The notes: generated from the sequence alone by a model not told the origin. A stretch of DNA of 64,000 nucleotides from Oxalobacteraceae bacterium (GCA_947466695.1 CANIFC010000001.1:12747-76746); one strand, 5' to 3'; numbered from the stretch's first letter, positions 1 to 10,269 are shown. Program-made: numbers and translations.

Positions 1-678
1 TTATCGCAGAGCCTCGGTCCCGATATTCTCCTGATTGACATCCGCTTGAGCGGCATCAACGGGCTCGATTCTGCGGTGCAAATCAAGCATCGTCTGCCCC
101 AGATCAAGGCCATCATACTGACCCATTCCAAAACCGAAGACCATGTGCGTGCAGCGCTGCACGCCGGCATTGACGGTTACGTTCTCAAAGATGCCAGCCT
201 TGATGAATTATTAATCGCCATACGCCATGTGGCAACAGGCAAAAAGTACCTGAGCCCCGAGGTCTCGGTGCTGGTTGTAGAAAACCTTCTGCATCTTGAA
301 CACGCTCACCTCAATCGTCCGAAACTCGGTCTGCTTACCCATAGGGAGCGCTCAGTGCTCCAGTTGATTGCCGAAGGTCATACCAACCGGGGCGCGGCAG
401 AATTCCTGAGCGTCAGCCCCAAGACGATCGAAAAGCATCGTGCCAGCCTGAAACAAAAACTGGGCTTGCACAACACAACCGACATCACACTGGCCGCAGT
501 GGAAATGGGTTTGATCGATCTGCCGCGATCGTTCTCGCGCCTGATGATGGCTACGCTTCCTCGCATCGATATTGTCCCGATCGATCCCGTCCGTGGCGTA
601 GCGGCAATGGGATGCTCGCCAGCGATCATCGCCCTGAGCGCTGTGGAGCATCAGCCGGAGAGCAGGCCTGCCGAATAA
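1..678 (+). CDS. NarL/FixJ (LuxR-type HTH) two-component response regulator, 5' end truncated by window edge
   Basis: Frame is open from base 1 (LSQSLGPDILLIDIRLSGINGL). Receiver motifs ILLID, IILT, GYVLK. C-terminal LTHRERSVLQLIAEGHTNRGAAEFLSVSPKTIEKHRASL LuxR HTH. Confidence 0.93.
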   Translation, partial: LSQSLGPDILLIDIRLSGINGLDSAVQIKHRLPQIKAIILTHSKTEDHVRAALHAGIDGYVLKDASLDELLIAIRHVATGKKYLSPEVSVLVVENLLHLEHAHLNRPKLGLLTHRERSVLQLIAEGHTNRGAAEFLSVSPKTIEKHRASLKQKLGLHNTTDITLAAVEMGLIDLPRSFSRLMMATLPRIDIVPIDPVRGVAAMGCSPAIIALSAVEHQPESRPAE

Positions 679-745
679 TCATCGCTAGGATACGGTAAAG
701 TTTTCATCATCCACCGCATGAGCTGACCGCGTGCTCGACCCTGGT

Positions 746-1447
746 TCACTGCGCCAGTACCTTGCGATATTCACGCACCAGTTGCTCCGGTGAGGCGAAT
801 CCATTGATGCGCAGCCAGGGCTTGCCGGCAATCCCTCGCATCAGGGTCAACGGCTCGTGACTCATCTTGTCTGTGCGATAGTTGTCAAAAGCGAGCTGAA
901 CGGCTTTCACATCCTCGATCCGGCCAGTCAGAAATTTCCAGCGTTCACCGGCATGAAAACTTTTGGCGTACGTCTTGAGGCGCTGTGGCGTATCGTTCTC
1001 CGGATCAATTGAAATCGAGATCATGCGCAGGCTTTTCGCCTCACTTCCGAGTATGGCGGGAACCTCCGAAAATACCTTGCTCATGACAGGACAGATTGCG
1101 CCACAGCTGGTAAAAATAAAATTCATCATCACCGGGTCAGTACCGGTCAGCAATTCACGCAGGCGAACTGGCCGGTCGTTGACGTCGGTGAGCACCACAT
1201 CCGGAATGACGTAGGCTTTTACCGAGCGGGTGTACGCGTCGGCTTCGCTGGCGTCAGGTTTGGGATGAATGTGCGTGTGCTTGTTGGTGTCGGCATCAGT
1301 AAGGGAGACTTTTTTTACCGGTATGACAGGTTCACCAACCCCATGCCCGAGTGCACTACCGGAAAAAAATAAGGTACTACCTGTCAGCCAGGCGAGCGCT
1401 ACACCGGTACCAAGGTGTTTCAGATAAATAGTATGTCCAGCTTTCAT
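746..1447 (-). CDS. SCO1/SenC family copper chaperone
   Basis: FIFTSCGAICP (CxxxC), ISISIDPENDTP, WKFLTG and distal His (MSHEP). Hydrophobic N-terminus and a HTHIHP segment. Start chosen at ATG 1447; ORF track extends to 1531. Confidence 0.9.
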   Translation of the reverse strand: MKAGHTIYLKHLGTGVALAWLTGSTLFFSGSALGHGVGEPVIPVKKVSLTDADTNKHTHIHPKPDASEADAYTRSVKAYVIPDVVLTDVNDRPVRLRELLTGTDPVMMNFIFTSCGAICPVMSKVFSEVPAILGSEAKSLRMISISIDPENDTPQRLKTYAKSFHAGERWKFLTGRIEDVKAVQLAFDNYRTDKMSHEPLTLMRGIAGKPWLRINGFASPEQLVREYRKVLAQ

Positions 1448-1575
1448 GACGGTAATCTCCAGGTGAGGTGGACTGACAAATGACATCTTTTGAACATGGG
1501 TACATCGCACTTCGCAATACGCACTACGCACTACGCAAACAGATAAAAAATATACCTGTAGTCAGGGCTGTATCC

Positions 1576-3369
1576 CTAAGGTACGATCCAGCCGGAAACC
1601 GGCCTGAGCTGCCAGTCGGCGGGCCCGTCAACCTGGACGATGTAGCTGCCCTTCGAGGCATAACGCTGACCCGGCCCCAGACTCAGGTGCGGATAGATCG
1701 AGAGTTCGAGCGCCGTACCGAGCCGGTGCTCTATCCCTTCGAGCAGAAACTCGCGCGAATACGTGTCCATGCTGTGTGACACCAGCATCCCGACAACCGT
1801 CGCCGCCAGATAGGCGTTCATCTGTGATTTTTCATCGGAGAGCGCGATACCCTTGTTGTGCATCCAGCGTCTGGCAAGTTCAACCCGTGTATCACGCACT
1901 GCGGGCAAATCCTGTGGATAGATGAGCCGTACACGGCTATCGGCAATGGCCGCGAGACCAGTTCGCTGGCCGGTCATGAGGCTAGCAGAAAGGTAGACCA
2001 TCCTGACCTGCGAACCGGCTGCCATCAGCGCCTGCGCCCGGACCATGTCTTGCGGCGGCAGCCATAGCACCAGCGTGACATGCGGTATCTGCCGTGACAG
2101 CTTCTGCCAGAACGCCGCATCAGGCACTGTATCGAGTACCCGCGAAACAGGGGCGACGCCCGTTGCAGTCGTCCACGCCAGGCGAAATGCCCCGGCAGCG
2201 GCAACGCTGGCTTCGTCATTACCATACACCTGCATCACGGCGCCGCGCTCACCTTCACTATGCAGGAACCTGGCCAGTGCCTGCGCCTCCAGCGTCATCC
2301 CGCGGGACAAATAAACGGTATAGAAATCGCGCTCAGCCAGCACCGGTACATCGACCTGGGGAAAGATGCAGGGAATCTCGTAGCGTTCACTGAATTCGTG
2401 AATAGGTCGCCAGCTTGCATTACCCAGTCCACTGACCATTGCAAACACGGGCTGCGCCCTGTCATACGCCTCAAGTTGCTGCGCCCATGTGTCGCTCGTC
2501 CCGCTCAGGTCCCAGACGTGCAGGACCCATTCACGGTAGGTGCGCTTGAGGCGCACAGTACCGGCTGTTTCACGCCGGATCTCGGTGCGCATTCCCAGGT
2601 TGCGGTCTTGCATGAAGGTCCGCAGCACCTGCAGCAATGCGTCGCGTCGCACCGGATCCGTACCAGGCTGAATGACAGTCGCAAAATGTATCGTGTCCGC
2701 AGTGACGCCAGGAGAGACCCGCAGCGAAAGCGTCTTGAGATAGGCCGCAAGTGACGCCATCTCGTCCGGTTCCAGTGCATAACGAGGCATGGAAGGGCTG
2801 AGCGCCCGCCCGGTCACATCCACCCCTTCGCGGATGGCCCGCGCCAGCGCAGTGTCATCGTAGACCGGGCGCTGGCGGGTGCCGGCAAAGGCCGCCGTCC
2901 GGGCGAAACGCAAGGTACCGGCGTTCAAACGGGCTGCTTGCGCGAGCGACAGCCCGGCGCTGGCGAGTGCCTCAGGGTCGGTATGCGTGCTGACCAAATC
3001 CGCCGTTACCGGCGTGAGCTGCGCGCCAAAAAGGGTCGGACCGGTGATCGGGCGAATCTCGACCGGACCCTCGCTGGAGCCGTAACCGCTACGACGGTGA
3101 CAGGTGATGCAGGCTGCATCCTGACCCGCGAGCCTCACCTTGGCCGGGGCAAGTCCTTGCAGAACTTGCCCCGAGGGCAGAATCCCCTCACGGTAGATGC
3201 GCCGTCCGGTTTCCAGCACGCTGGCATCCGTACCGGGACGCTCCGCCGCAGGCGTCTGGTGCACTACCGACAGTAGCGCGATCAGCAGCGCTGTCACCAA
3301 TCCGGCGACCCCGGCAAGCACACGACTTTCCAGAATCCTGTTCAAGCGTGGCCGGACCAGGTTTTTCAT
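1576..3369 (-). CDS. Monoheme c-type cytochrome fused to a periplasmic-binding-protein-like domain
   Basis: N-terminal signal/TM segment, single CxxCH (CITCH), candidate axial Met in SMPRY. C-terminal half (SPGVTADTIHFATVI...QPVFAMVSG...IPCIFP) resembles branched-chain amino acid-type binding proteins. ATGA overlap with the upstream S8 gene. Confidence 0.75.
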   Translation of the reverse strand: MKNLVRPRLNRILESRVLAGVAGLVTALLIALLSVVHQTPAAERPGTDASVLETGRRIYREGILPSGQVLQGLAPAKVRLAGQDAACITCHRRSGYGSSEGPVEIRPITGPTLFGAQLTPVTADLVSTHTDPEALASAGLSLAQAARLNAGTLRFARTAAFAGTRQRPVYDDTALARAIREGVDVTGRALSPSMPRYALEPDEMASLAAYLKTLSLRVSPGVTADTIHFATVIQPGTDPVRRDALLQVLRTFMQDRNLGMRTEIRRETAGTVRLKRTYREWVLHVWDLSGTSDTWAQQLEAYDRAQPVFAMVSGLGNASWRPIHEFSERYEIPCIFPQVDVPVLAERDFYTVYLSRGMTLEAQALARFLHSEGERGAVMQVYGNDEASVAAAGAFRLAWTTATGVAPVSRVLDTVPDAAFWQKLSRQIPHVTLVLWLPPQDMVRAQALMAAGSQVRMVYLSASLMTGQRTGLAAIADSRVRLIYPQDLPAVRDTRVELARRWMHNKGIALSDEKSQMNAYLAATVVGMLVSHSMDTYSREFLLEGIEHRLGTALELSIYPHLSLGPGQRYASKGSYIVQVDGPADWQLRPVSGWIVP

Positions 3370-5495
3370 TGGACGCTGACGGTTACCGTCGCATTGTTCG
3401 AACTCGCGCCGAGGCGATCCTTCACGTTATAGGTAAAAGTTTCCGTTCCCCGGTAGCCGATTTTTGGCATATAAACCAAGGTCCCATTCGTGTTGACCGT
3501 TACCGTACCGCCCTTGTTGGGAGTGCTGACAATCTTGACGCTCGCCGGATTCAGGTTGCCATCGGCATCGGTATCGTTAGCGAGCACATTGAGTACCTGC
3601 GCCGTATAGCTCGCCTTGGCACGGTACAGGACGGTAAATGTGTCGTTGGCTGCGACCGGGGCGTGATTGACGTTGTTGGCCACAGTCACGGTCACCGACG
3701 CCGTCGCCTCGTTACCCGCCGCGTCAGCCGCCAGTACCTTGAGTGTATGCGGGCCATTGAGCGCTTGCGCGGTGTTCCAGGCGAAGGAATACGGCGTCGC
3801 CGTAACGCTGGAAGTCAGGATGCCATCGACGTAGAATGCCACTTTTACCACCCTGACATTGTCCGAGGCAATCGCAGAAACAGTGGTGGTGCCGGATACG
3901 GTGGCCGCTACGGCAGGGGCGCTGACTGACACGGCAGGCGGTGTGGTATCCGGCAGGGCGTTCGACACCGTCACCGTGACAGGTGCGGTAGCGGCAGAGT
4001 TGTTCGCTGCATCGCTCGCAAGCGCAGAAAGGGTATGCGGGCCATTGGGCAAGACCGTGGTGTCCCAGACAAACGAGTAAGGTGAGACCGTGTCCGTGAC
4101 AAAGAAAATGCCATCGACATAGAGGTCGACCTTGACGACTCCCACGGCGTCGGTTGCCGCCACGTCTACCACCACCAACCCGGCAACGCTGGCACCGCCA
4201 AGCGGCGCGCTCATGGCCACTGCCGGGCTGGTCGTGTCGGGCGGTGGCAGGTAATTTGTTGCGGCACTGACCGCGGCGAACGCATCCACGCGTCCATGGC
4301 CAAAATTCTGGTCATAGCCATTACCGCCCGGGGCAAAAGCGGTCGCCTCCAGTAGCTGAGTCACCACGCCCGGCGTCAGTTTGCTGTTGGAAGCGAACAT
4401 CAGCGCGGCAACCCCCGCAACGACAGGACTGGCCAGCGACGTACCGGAATCGGTAGCGTACAGGCCGAACATCGCCGTCGTTTGTATGTTGGTGCCCGGC
4501 GCCGACAGGTCGACAAACCCACCGGTACTGGAAAAATAAGCCAGCCCGTCGGTTTCGTCGGTGGCCGAGACCGACAGGATAAACGGATTTTCAGCCGTCG
4601 GATCAACGCAGGCGCAGTTACCCGAGGCGGCAACCACCAGCGCCCCGTGATTGTAGGCATATTCTGCACTGGTACGGATTGTGGCATTACCGGCGACCCC
4701 GTTAAAGCTCAGGTTCACAATGCGGGCACCATGATCCACGGCCCAGACGATACCGTTACCGATACTGACTGAGGTGGCACGTCCGGTGCTGTCGGTGACA
4801 CGCACGGGCATGATCGGCGCAGCACCGGCGACGCCGGCAATACCTGCGGCATTATTGGTCAGCGCACCGGCCACACCCGCCACTTCGGTACCGTGACCGG
4901 ACTGGTCACTCGTATCGGTAGAATTGCTGTAAGTGTTGTAGCCGGTCACCAGTTTTCCGGCAAAATCAGGATGGGTCGCCTCAATGCCGCTGTCGAGAAT
5001 AGCGATGACAGCTCCTGGAGTACCCTGGGTCAGGTCCCAGGTTTGCGGCGCAAGAATCTTGGGCAGATGCCATTGGTTGGCATACTGCGGATCATTGGGG
5101 GTCATGGCTGGCTCGAAGATATAATTCTTCTCGACAAATTTCACCTCCCGCCGCAGCGCCATCTTGCGCTGTAGCGCTTCCAGCATTGCCGCGGGAACGC
5201 GGATATGCACCACATTATTGCTCGGTCCGATACCTCTGACGAAGCTGGCGCCGTGGTCACGGTAAAACGCATAACGCCCTGCCGGCCCGGTACCGGCACG
5301 GAACCCGACCAGCAGTTCGCCGTCGACCCAGCGCGCCGGCTGCTGGGCCTGTGCCACACTGCCTGTAATCAGGACCGCAAGGCCGAGCACCAGCGCCGTC
5401 AGGCGAGGTAATCTGCCGTTCACACCGGATGGCATCAGCACTGGCTTTCCGGGCTGCCCTGTCCTCAGAGAGGGATAAGGTGGTTTCGTCTGCAT
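3366..5495 (-). CDS. S8 (subtilisin-like) serine peptidase with C-terminal bacterial Ig-like and cadherin-like domains
   Basis: Catalytic triad motifs ILDSG, GHGTEVAG, SGTSLASP. Pro-domain. Two DTTxPAV...GPHTL...DAA Ig-like repeats and a final NHAPVAAND...VLANDTDADG domain. Confidence 0.92.
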   Translation of the reverse strand: MQTKPPYPSLRTGQPGKPVLMPSGVNGRLPRLTALVLGLAVLITGSVAQAQQPARWVDGELLVGFRAGTGPAGRYAFYRDHGASFVRGIGPSNNVVHIRVPAAMLEALQRKMALRREVKFVEKNYIFEPAMTPNDPQYANQWHLPKILAPQTWDLTQGTPGAVIAILDSGIEATHPDFAGKLVTGYNTYSNSTDTSDQSGHGTEVAGVAGALTNNAAGIAGVAGAAPIMPVRVTDSTGRATSVSIGNGIVWAVDHGARIVNLSFNGVAGNATIRTSAEYAYNHGALVVAASGNCACVDPTAENPFILSVSATDETDGLAYFSSTGGFVDLSAPGTNIQTTAMFGLYATDSGTSLASPVVAGVAALMFASNSKLTPGVVTQLLEATAFAPGGNGYDQNFGHGRVDAFAAVSAATNYLPPPDTTSPAVAMSAPLGGASVAGLVVVDVAATDAVGVVKVDLYVDGIFFVTDTVSPYSFVWDTTVLPNGPHTLSALASDAANNSAATAPVTVTVSNALPDTTPPAVSVSAPAVAATVSGTTTVSAIASDNVRVVKVAFYVDGILTSSVTATPYSFAWNTAQALNGPHTLKVLAADAAGNEATASVTVTVANNVNHAPVAANDTFTVLYRAKASYTAQVLNVLANDTDADGNLNPASVKIVSTPNKGGTVTVNTNGTLVYMPKIGYRGTETFTYNVKDRLGASSNNATVTVSVQ

Positions 5496-5582
5496 GTCCT
5501 GCTTCCTATGATCACTACGCCATTCGTTCAGCCAGTCACAATGTCATTGGCTGTCTCGCCATCACTGCATCGTCCTTCGCCC

Positions 5583-6068
5583 TCACTGCGCAATCACCGG
5601 CCCCAGCCTTGCCTCCCCCATCGCCACGGTCACTTCCCCCCCCGGCTTGATCGCACTTCGCAGGTTGGGATAAAGGATGTAAAACACCTGGCCCTGGCCG
5701 AATCTGGCACCGCGCAATGCGTTATGCGGTGCCATCAGGGGCGGATTGTCACCGGCAATAAGCACCGGTGTCTGCGCCGCATTGCCTAGCAGCGCCCGCG
5801 CCTTGGCCGCATCCAGGATCTTGAAGCGCACGTCTACCAGGCCGCCTGAAGCAGTCAGGCTGATCTGCGTGACCTGTATGCCGTAGTGCATTTCAAGCGC
5901 GCCAGGCGGGGGGATTTGCGGTGCCGGCTTAGGCGTAAGCGGCGTACTTGCGACCGGATTGAGGGGTGCGACGCTGGCACCAATCTGCGTCCCTTGGGTC
6001 GCGCAGCCACCCACCATCAGCGGCAGCAGCAACGCTATCAGGATCATTTTGTGACGGGTATTTACCAT
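5583..6068 (-). CDS. Hypothetical lipoprotein
   Basis: 161 aa with lipobox-like LMVGGC after a hydrophobic stretch. Co-oriented within the cluster, 12 bp from the upstream gene. Confidence 0.7.
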   Translation of the reverse strand: MVNTRHKMILIALLLPLMVGGCATQGTQIGASVAPLNPVASTPLTPKPAPQIPPPGALEMHYGIQVTQISLTASGGLVDVRFKILDAAKARALLGNAAQTPVLIAGDNPPLMAPHNALRGARFGQGQVFYILYPNLRSAIKPGGEVTVAMGEARLGPVIAQ

Positions 6069-6080
6069 GATTGTCTTTCC

Positions 6081-8915
6081 TCAATTCACTGTAATGGTGG
6101 CCGTCGCCGTGGATTTAGCCCCATTCAGATTTTCCGTATAGGTGAATGTGTAGGTACCCCGTTTTGAGGACTGGCGCGTTGCATTCGTCGTCGCGGAGGT
6201 TGACGCAGCAAGGGTTACCCGATACGATCCATCGGTACAAACACCAGTCACAGTCGCAGTCCCGCAGGTCACCTGGAGTGTCCCGGTACCGGTTCCAGAT
6301 GTTCTTACCGGACCGCTCACAAGAGTGGCTGTGCGACCTGCCGCTCCGACCGGCAGGTCGTTGGCAAGCACGCCAGCAGCTACAGTGACGTCACTTGTCT
6401 GAGTCAAGCTGGTATTAGCCGTTATCGTACGGCTGTCGTTCACCGCCCGGATCACGGTCAGCGTCGCGCTCGACACGGTACTCCAATTGGTTGCGGCGTC
6501 CTGCATGCGGACATACACGGTGTGCGTACCACCCGTTAAAGTGCCGGTATTGATTGTCGCGACGGTGCCATTAAACGCCGTCGCATTGGCAGGTGGCGTT
6601 GCCGTGCCATCAATCCAGTACTGCCCGCCGGCAATCCCGGTTCCGGCATCACTAGCCACGACAGCTAGGGCTGTTCCAGGCGCGCCGGATGCCACTGTAT
6701 TCGGGGTCAGTGTGAAGCTACTAAGCACAGGCGCGACCTTGTCTATCGTCAGGGTGGCCGAACTTTTCACGCCCCAGTTACCCGTCGCATCCTTACCATG
6801 GACGTACAGGGTGTGAGGGCCGTTGCTCAGGGCGTTGATGGTCGCCAGCGGAATATCGGCGTAGGCCAGCTCGGTGGCTCCGTTCCAGCTGCCATCGGAT
6901 GGAACCAGCGGGAAACCGGAACCGTTCGCACCAGTCGCCGTATCAATAAAGGCTTCTGCAGCGCTCACCGTCGATCCTGTGCTCGCCATTGTTGCGGTGA
7001 GGCGGACCACTTGTTGGGTCGTGCTGAGCGCCCGCGCACCGTTATTGGGATCGGGCGTGACGCTGACACCGGAAGTAACCGGAGCGCTGGCAACCACGTT
7101 GAGAGTGATGCCAGCGAAGTCACCCCAGTTACCCAGCGCATCCCTGCTGCGCACCGACACGGTGTGGGGTCCCGCTGCAAGTCCGGCCGGAAGGATTGCG
7201 TTGATGCTACGCACAGGTGCAGCAGCACCGCCCATGGTCATGGCCACTGCCGTACCACTGTCAATCTTGTATTCAGCCTCGACGGTATTGGCACCACCGG
7301 TTGTGCTGTCATTACCCGTCGCACTGAGCGCAACGCTGACCGTACCGTTACTCGGATTGGGCGTGAGGGTCAGGCCACCCGTGAGTGGTCCGGCCTTGTC
7401 AAGATTGAGGGCCGCAGAACTGAAGGCACCCCATTTATTGTTGGCATCCTTGCCGTGCACATACAGGGTGTGCTTGCCGGAAGGCAGTGCAGCCATTTGC
7501 AATGGCGAGAGCATGGTGTTGACCGACAAAGTGGCCGTGCCAAAGGCGCCGCTGATGGCGGTTCCGCTACCGCCGGTGCCGTTTGTGCCAATGAAGTATT
7601 CGGCCGCGGCGACGGTCGATGAAGTGCTGCTGATCGAGGCACTCAGGGCGACATTCAGGAGTCCGTTCGACGGGTTCGGCGTCAGCACCCCGGCACTTGT
7701 TTTTGGTCCAGTGTCCGCTGCGGCCCCGGTTCCGGCAGTCAGGAAAGTGAGCATGCCACCAAAGGCGTTGTCAGCACCGTTGTTGTGCAGCGCCAGGCTG
7801 GCATCGTAGATCGCGAACAGATTCGTGCCGGTGACGCCCGGAACGGTGACAATCGCGTCCGCGGTCTGTCCGGGCGACAGCGTTTCTGCCGCCACGTTAT
7901 GGTTTAGTGCCGGTACAAGGCTCGCATCCTTTGCGACAAAATTCTGCCGCAAGCCAAGTACCGCCATGGAATGATGCCGGATACCGGCATTAACGTAACG
8001 CAGCAGCACTTTGTTGCCGGCCGCGCTGGCAACCGGAGTCGTCTCGGGATAGGCCTTGCCGTTAATCAGAAAGTAGCTAGGTGCATAGTTGCGCATATCG
8101 AAAGTGGCCGGACTGGCGCTGTTGTTCAGCGCCGGATCAATTTCGCTCAGTACCAGTACCGCCGAATCATTGACTACGGTTGACGCGCCATAAGCCGCTG
8201 CAGCCGGCGCACTCATGGTAAATGAAGTGCCGTCCGTCACCGCAATAATAGTCGTACCGGACGCAATGCCGGCACCACTGACGACCGCACCCAGGTCGCC
8301 GGCCAAGATCGCTGCATCAGTGACCAGCGCGGATCCACTGGTGTAAGTTGCTGCTGCGTCAGACCTGGCAAGCGCGCCAGCGGCAACAGCTGTCACCGAA
8401 AGTCCTGTGAACGGTACCGCGGCTGGCAAGACGACCAGTGCGCCATAAAGACCCATGGCGGTCTGATATTCGGCATTCGGCAAGAGCGCGGCTTCGTAAA
8501 GGAAGGTCCCGGGATTACTGGCGGTGAAGGTATAAGTCTTATTTCCGTAAGCGCTGGCAGTGGCTGCCACGGCACCCGTCGTATCCGGCACCAGGCTCTG
8601 CCCCTGGAACAGCAGGCCAGTGGCTTGCGCGAGACTGTTGTAGAGATTCACCGTCACAATGTCACCAGCGCTAACCTGAATGACCGGTCCTCCGGGCGCG
8701 CTGAGGGGAGTGCTGGCCGGACAGGTTCCCGCCACAAAACCCAGGATATTGATGGCACTGGCTGCGCCAGGCAGGCTGGCACTGCCGCTGGTAGCACACA
8801 GGTCGACAGCGACGTTCGCCGCGCAGGCCACACCGCTGCCCGACAGCAGCAGCGCCAGCGGGATACCCGGCAACCGGTTACACCACGTTGATTTCTTTTG
8901 CATCATCTTAAGCAT
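6081..8915 (-). CDS. Ligand-less two-domain cupredoxin (multicopper oxidase-like) protein with four C-terminal Ig-like repeats (subunit C)
   Basis: PGGPVIQVSAGDIVTVNLYN, NPGTFLYE...AMGLYGALVV and LINGKAYP are cupredoxin scaffold motifs, but there is no HxH or HCH. Start at ATG 8915 with an AGGAG RBS; ORF track extends to 8990. Confidence 0.8.
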   Translation of the reverse strand: MLKMMQKKSTWCNRLPGIPLALLLSGSGVACAANVAVDLCATSGSASLPGAASAINILGFVAGTCPASTPLSAPGGPVIQVSAGDIVTVNLYNSLAQATGLLFQGQSLVPDTTGAVAATASAYGNKTYTFTASNPGTFLYEAALLPNAEYQTAMGLYGALVVLPAAVPFTGLSVTAVAAGALARSDAAATYTSGSALVTDAAILAGDLGAVVSGAGIASGTTIIAVTDGTSFTMSAPAAAAYGASTVVNDSAVLVLSEIDPALNNSASPATFDMRNYAPSYFLINGKAYPETTPVASAAGNKVLLRYVNAGIRHHSMAVLGLRQNFVAKDASLVPALNHNVAAETLSPGQTADAIVTVPGVTGTNLFAIYDASLALHNNGADNAFGGMLTFLTAGTGAAADTGPKTSAGVLTPNPSNGLLNVALSASISSTSSTVAAAEYFIGTNGTGGSGTAISGAFGTATLSVNTMLSPLQMAALPSGKHTLYVHGKDANNKWGAFSSAALNLDKAGPLTGGLTLTPNPSNGTVSVALSATGNDSTTGGANTVEAEYKIDSGTAVAMTMGGAAAPVRSINAILPAGLAAGPHTVSVRSRDALGNWGDFAGITLNVVASAPVTSGVSVTPDPNNGARALSTTQQVVRLTATMASTGSTVSAAEAFIDTATGANGSGFPLVPSDGSWNGATELAYADIPLATINALSNGPHTLYVHGKDATGNWGVKSSATLTIDKVAPVLSSFTLTPNTVASGAPGTALAVVASDAGTGIAGGQYWIDGTATPPANATAFNGTVATINTGTLTGGTHTVYVRMQDAATNWSTVSSATLTVIRAVNDSRTITANTSLTQTSDVTVAAGVLANDLPVGAAGRTATLVSGPVRTSGTGTGTLQVTCGTATVTGVCTDGSYRVTLAASTSATTNATRQSSKRGTYTFTYTENLNGAKSTATATITVN

Positions 8916-8949
8916 GTCTCTCTCCTGGCTTACAGCAGTCTTGATCGGG

Positions 8950-10269
8950 TTACAGGCAGTTGTTTGGCAGTGGCGGATCAATCCGCACATACGTGATCGG
9001 TCCGCTCATGTTCACGCCCCAAGACGTGATCTGGAACAGCGCGTGATTGTGCGAAACGATGTAATACTCACCGCAGGTATTGAGCGTCGAGGCCCCCGGC
9101 GGCAGCGTACCGGTTTTGCCCAGATAAGGACTGCCGCTGTAAAACATGCCGAATTGCTGATTGTTCACCTGCGGAACTGTCACAGGAACCGGATTTGTCT
9201 CGGAATAATTTTCTGCGTCGTACCATTTGAAAATCACGTCCCAGGCCTGTCCGGGACCAATATTGATGGCAAATTTTTCAAAGGAAAGATCCTGACCCGG
9301 TACCGCGGCGGCGCTGCGCGGGCCTTCCAGTGCGCGTCCGTCGCGCCCGATCACCAGGCCATTGTTACCATGGGGGTGGAAGGGAAATTCCTCCGAACCG
9401 ACATTAAGATAATGGATGGCACCAGGGTAGGGGTGAGCGATGCGATCAAATGGGTGGATGCGCGCCAGTGCCCCATACGGTTGATCCGGTAAAAACGGGG
9501 AGAAGTTGTCGGAAATCGAGTCTGGAAAGCCGCGGCCATTGATCAGCCAGTAGCGTGGATGGTAGCCATTGAGGTCGAAAGACTGGCCATTTTCAGCGGC
9601 CTGATGCTGGTAAGGATCAATCTCCGAAAGCAGTACCATGAACTCTTCACCGGGCGTGAACTGGCTGTCGGGACGGTTATACATAAAACCCGCCCCTGCG
9701 GCGGGCCGCACTATGAGAGCGCCAAACAAACCCATGCGAACCTGCTTCTGCGGATTGGTGCCGCTCTCGTAAAGGAAACTTCCCGGATTGGATGCCACGA
9801 AGCTGTAGCTCACGCTACCGCCGTTTTTCGTAGCGACGTTGGTCAGCGAAGTGAGTTTACCGGCAGTGTCGAATTGCGGTTGTGCCGCAGCGCCATTGGC
9901 CTGCACGCCCTCCTGGCCGGGGAAGATGATTGACACGTCTTCGGGTAAGGTATTATTGAGAATCACCGTGACGGTATCCCCCTCATTGACACACAATACC
10001 GGGCCCGGGTGCTGAAAAGCACCGCCGCCCTGGCCGTAACCCCACATGAACATGGTGTTGCTATCAGGCAGCTGGATGTAGCCGACCCGGGCATCAAGTA
10101 CAAAGCTCGGGTTCGGGCTGGCTGCCGTGGTGCAGGCGACCCCTACCGCAGGTGACGCGGCGTACACAGCTGCCGTCTGGAACAGTGACGTAAAGCCGGC
10201 AAGCAGACATACACACCCCAGACTAAAGGTTTTTGCACTCCCGGTTCGGCTAAAAAATGATGTAAGCAT
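8950..10269 (-). CDS. Two-domain multicopper oxidase-family protein with His ligands only in domain 2 (subunit B)
   Basis: HPGPVLCVNEGDTVTVILNN. Domain 1 degenerate (VSIIFPG; YESGTNPQKQVRMGL). Domain 2 keeps FHPHG and SHNH. Sec-like signal peptide; GAGGAG RBS. Confidence 0.85.
   Translation of the reverse strand: MLTSFFSRTGSAKTFSLGCVCLLAGFTSLFQTAAVYAASPAVGVACTTAASPNPSFVLDARVGYIQLPDSNTMFMWGYGQGGGAFQHPGPVLCVNEGDTVTVILNNTLPEDVSIIFPGQEGVQANGAAAQPQFDTAGKLTSLTNVATKNGGSVSYSFVASNPGSFLYESGTNPQKQVRMGLFGALIVRPAAGAGFMYNRPDSQFTPGEEFMVLLSEIDPYQHQAAENGQSFDLNGYHPRYWLINGRGFPDSISDNFSPFLPDQPYGALARIHPFDRIAHPYPGAIHYLNVGSEEFPFHPHGNNGLVIGRDGRALEGPRSAAAVPGQDLSFEKFAINIGPGQAWDVIFKWYDAENYSETNPVPVTVPQVNNQQFGMFYSGSPYLGKTGTLPPGASTLNTCGEYYIVSHNHALFQITSWGVNMSGPITYVRIDPPLPNNCL

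Noticed and set aside
6798-7809. Long plus-strand ORFs (also 8680-9492, 16052-17083, 38692-39501, 45868-46830 antisense)
   Set aside because: These are shadow frames of GC-rich genes on the opposite strand, with no recognisable motifs.
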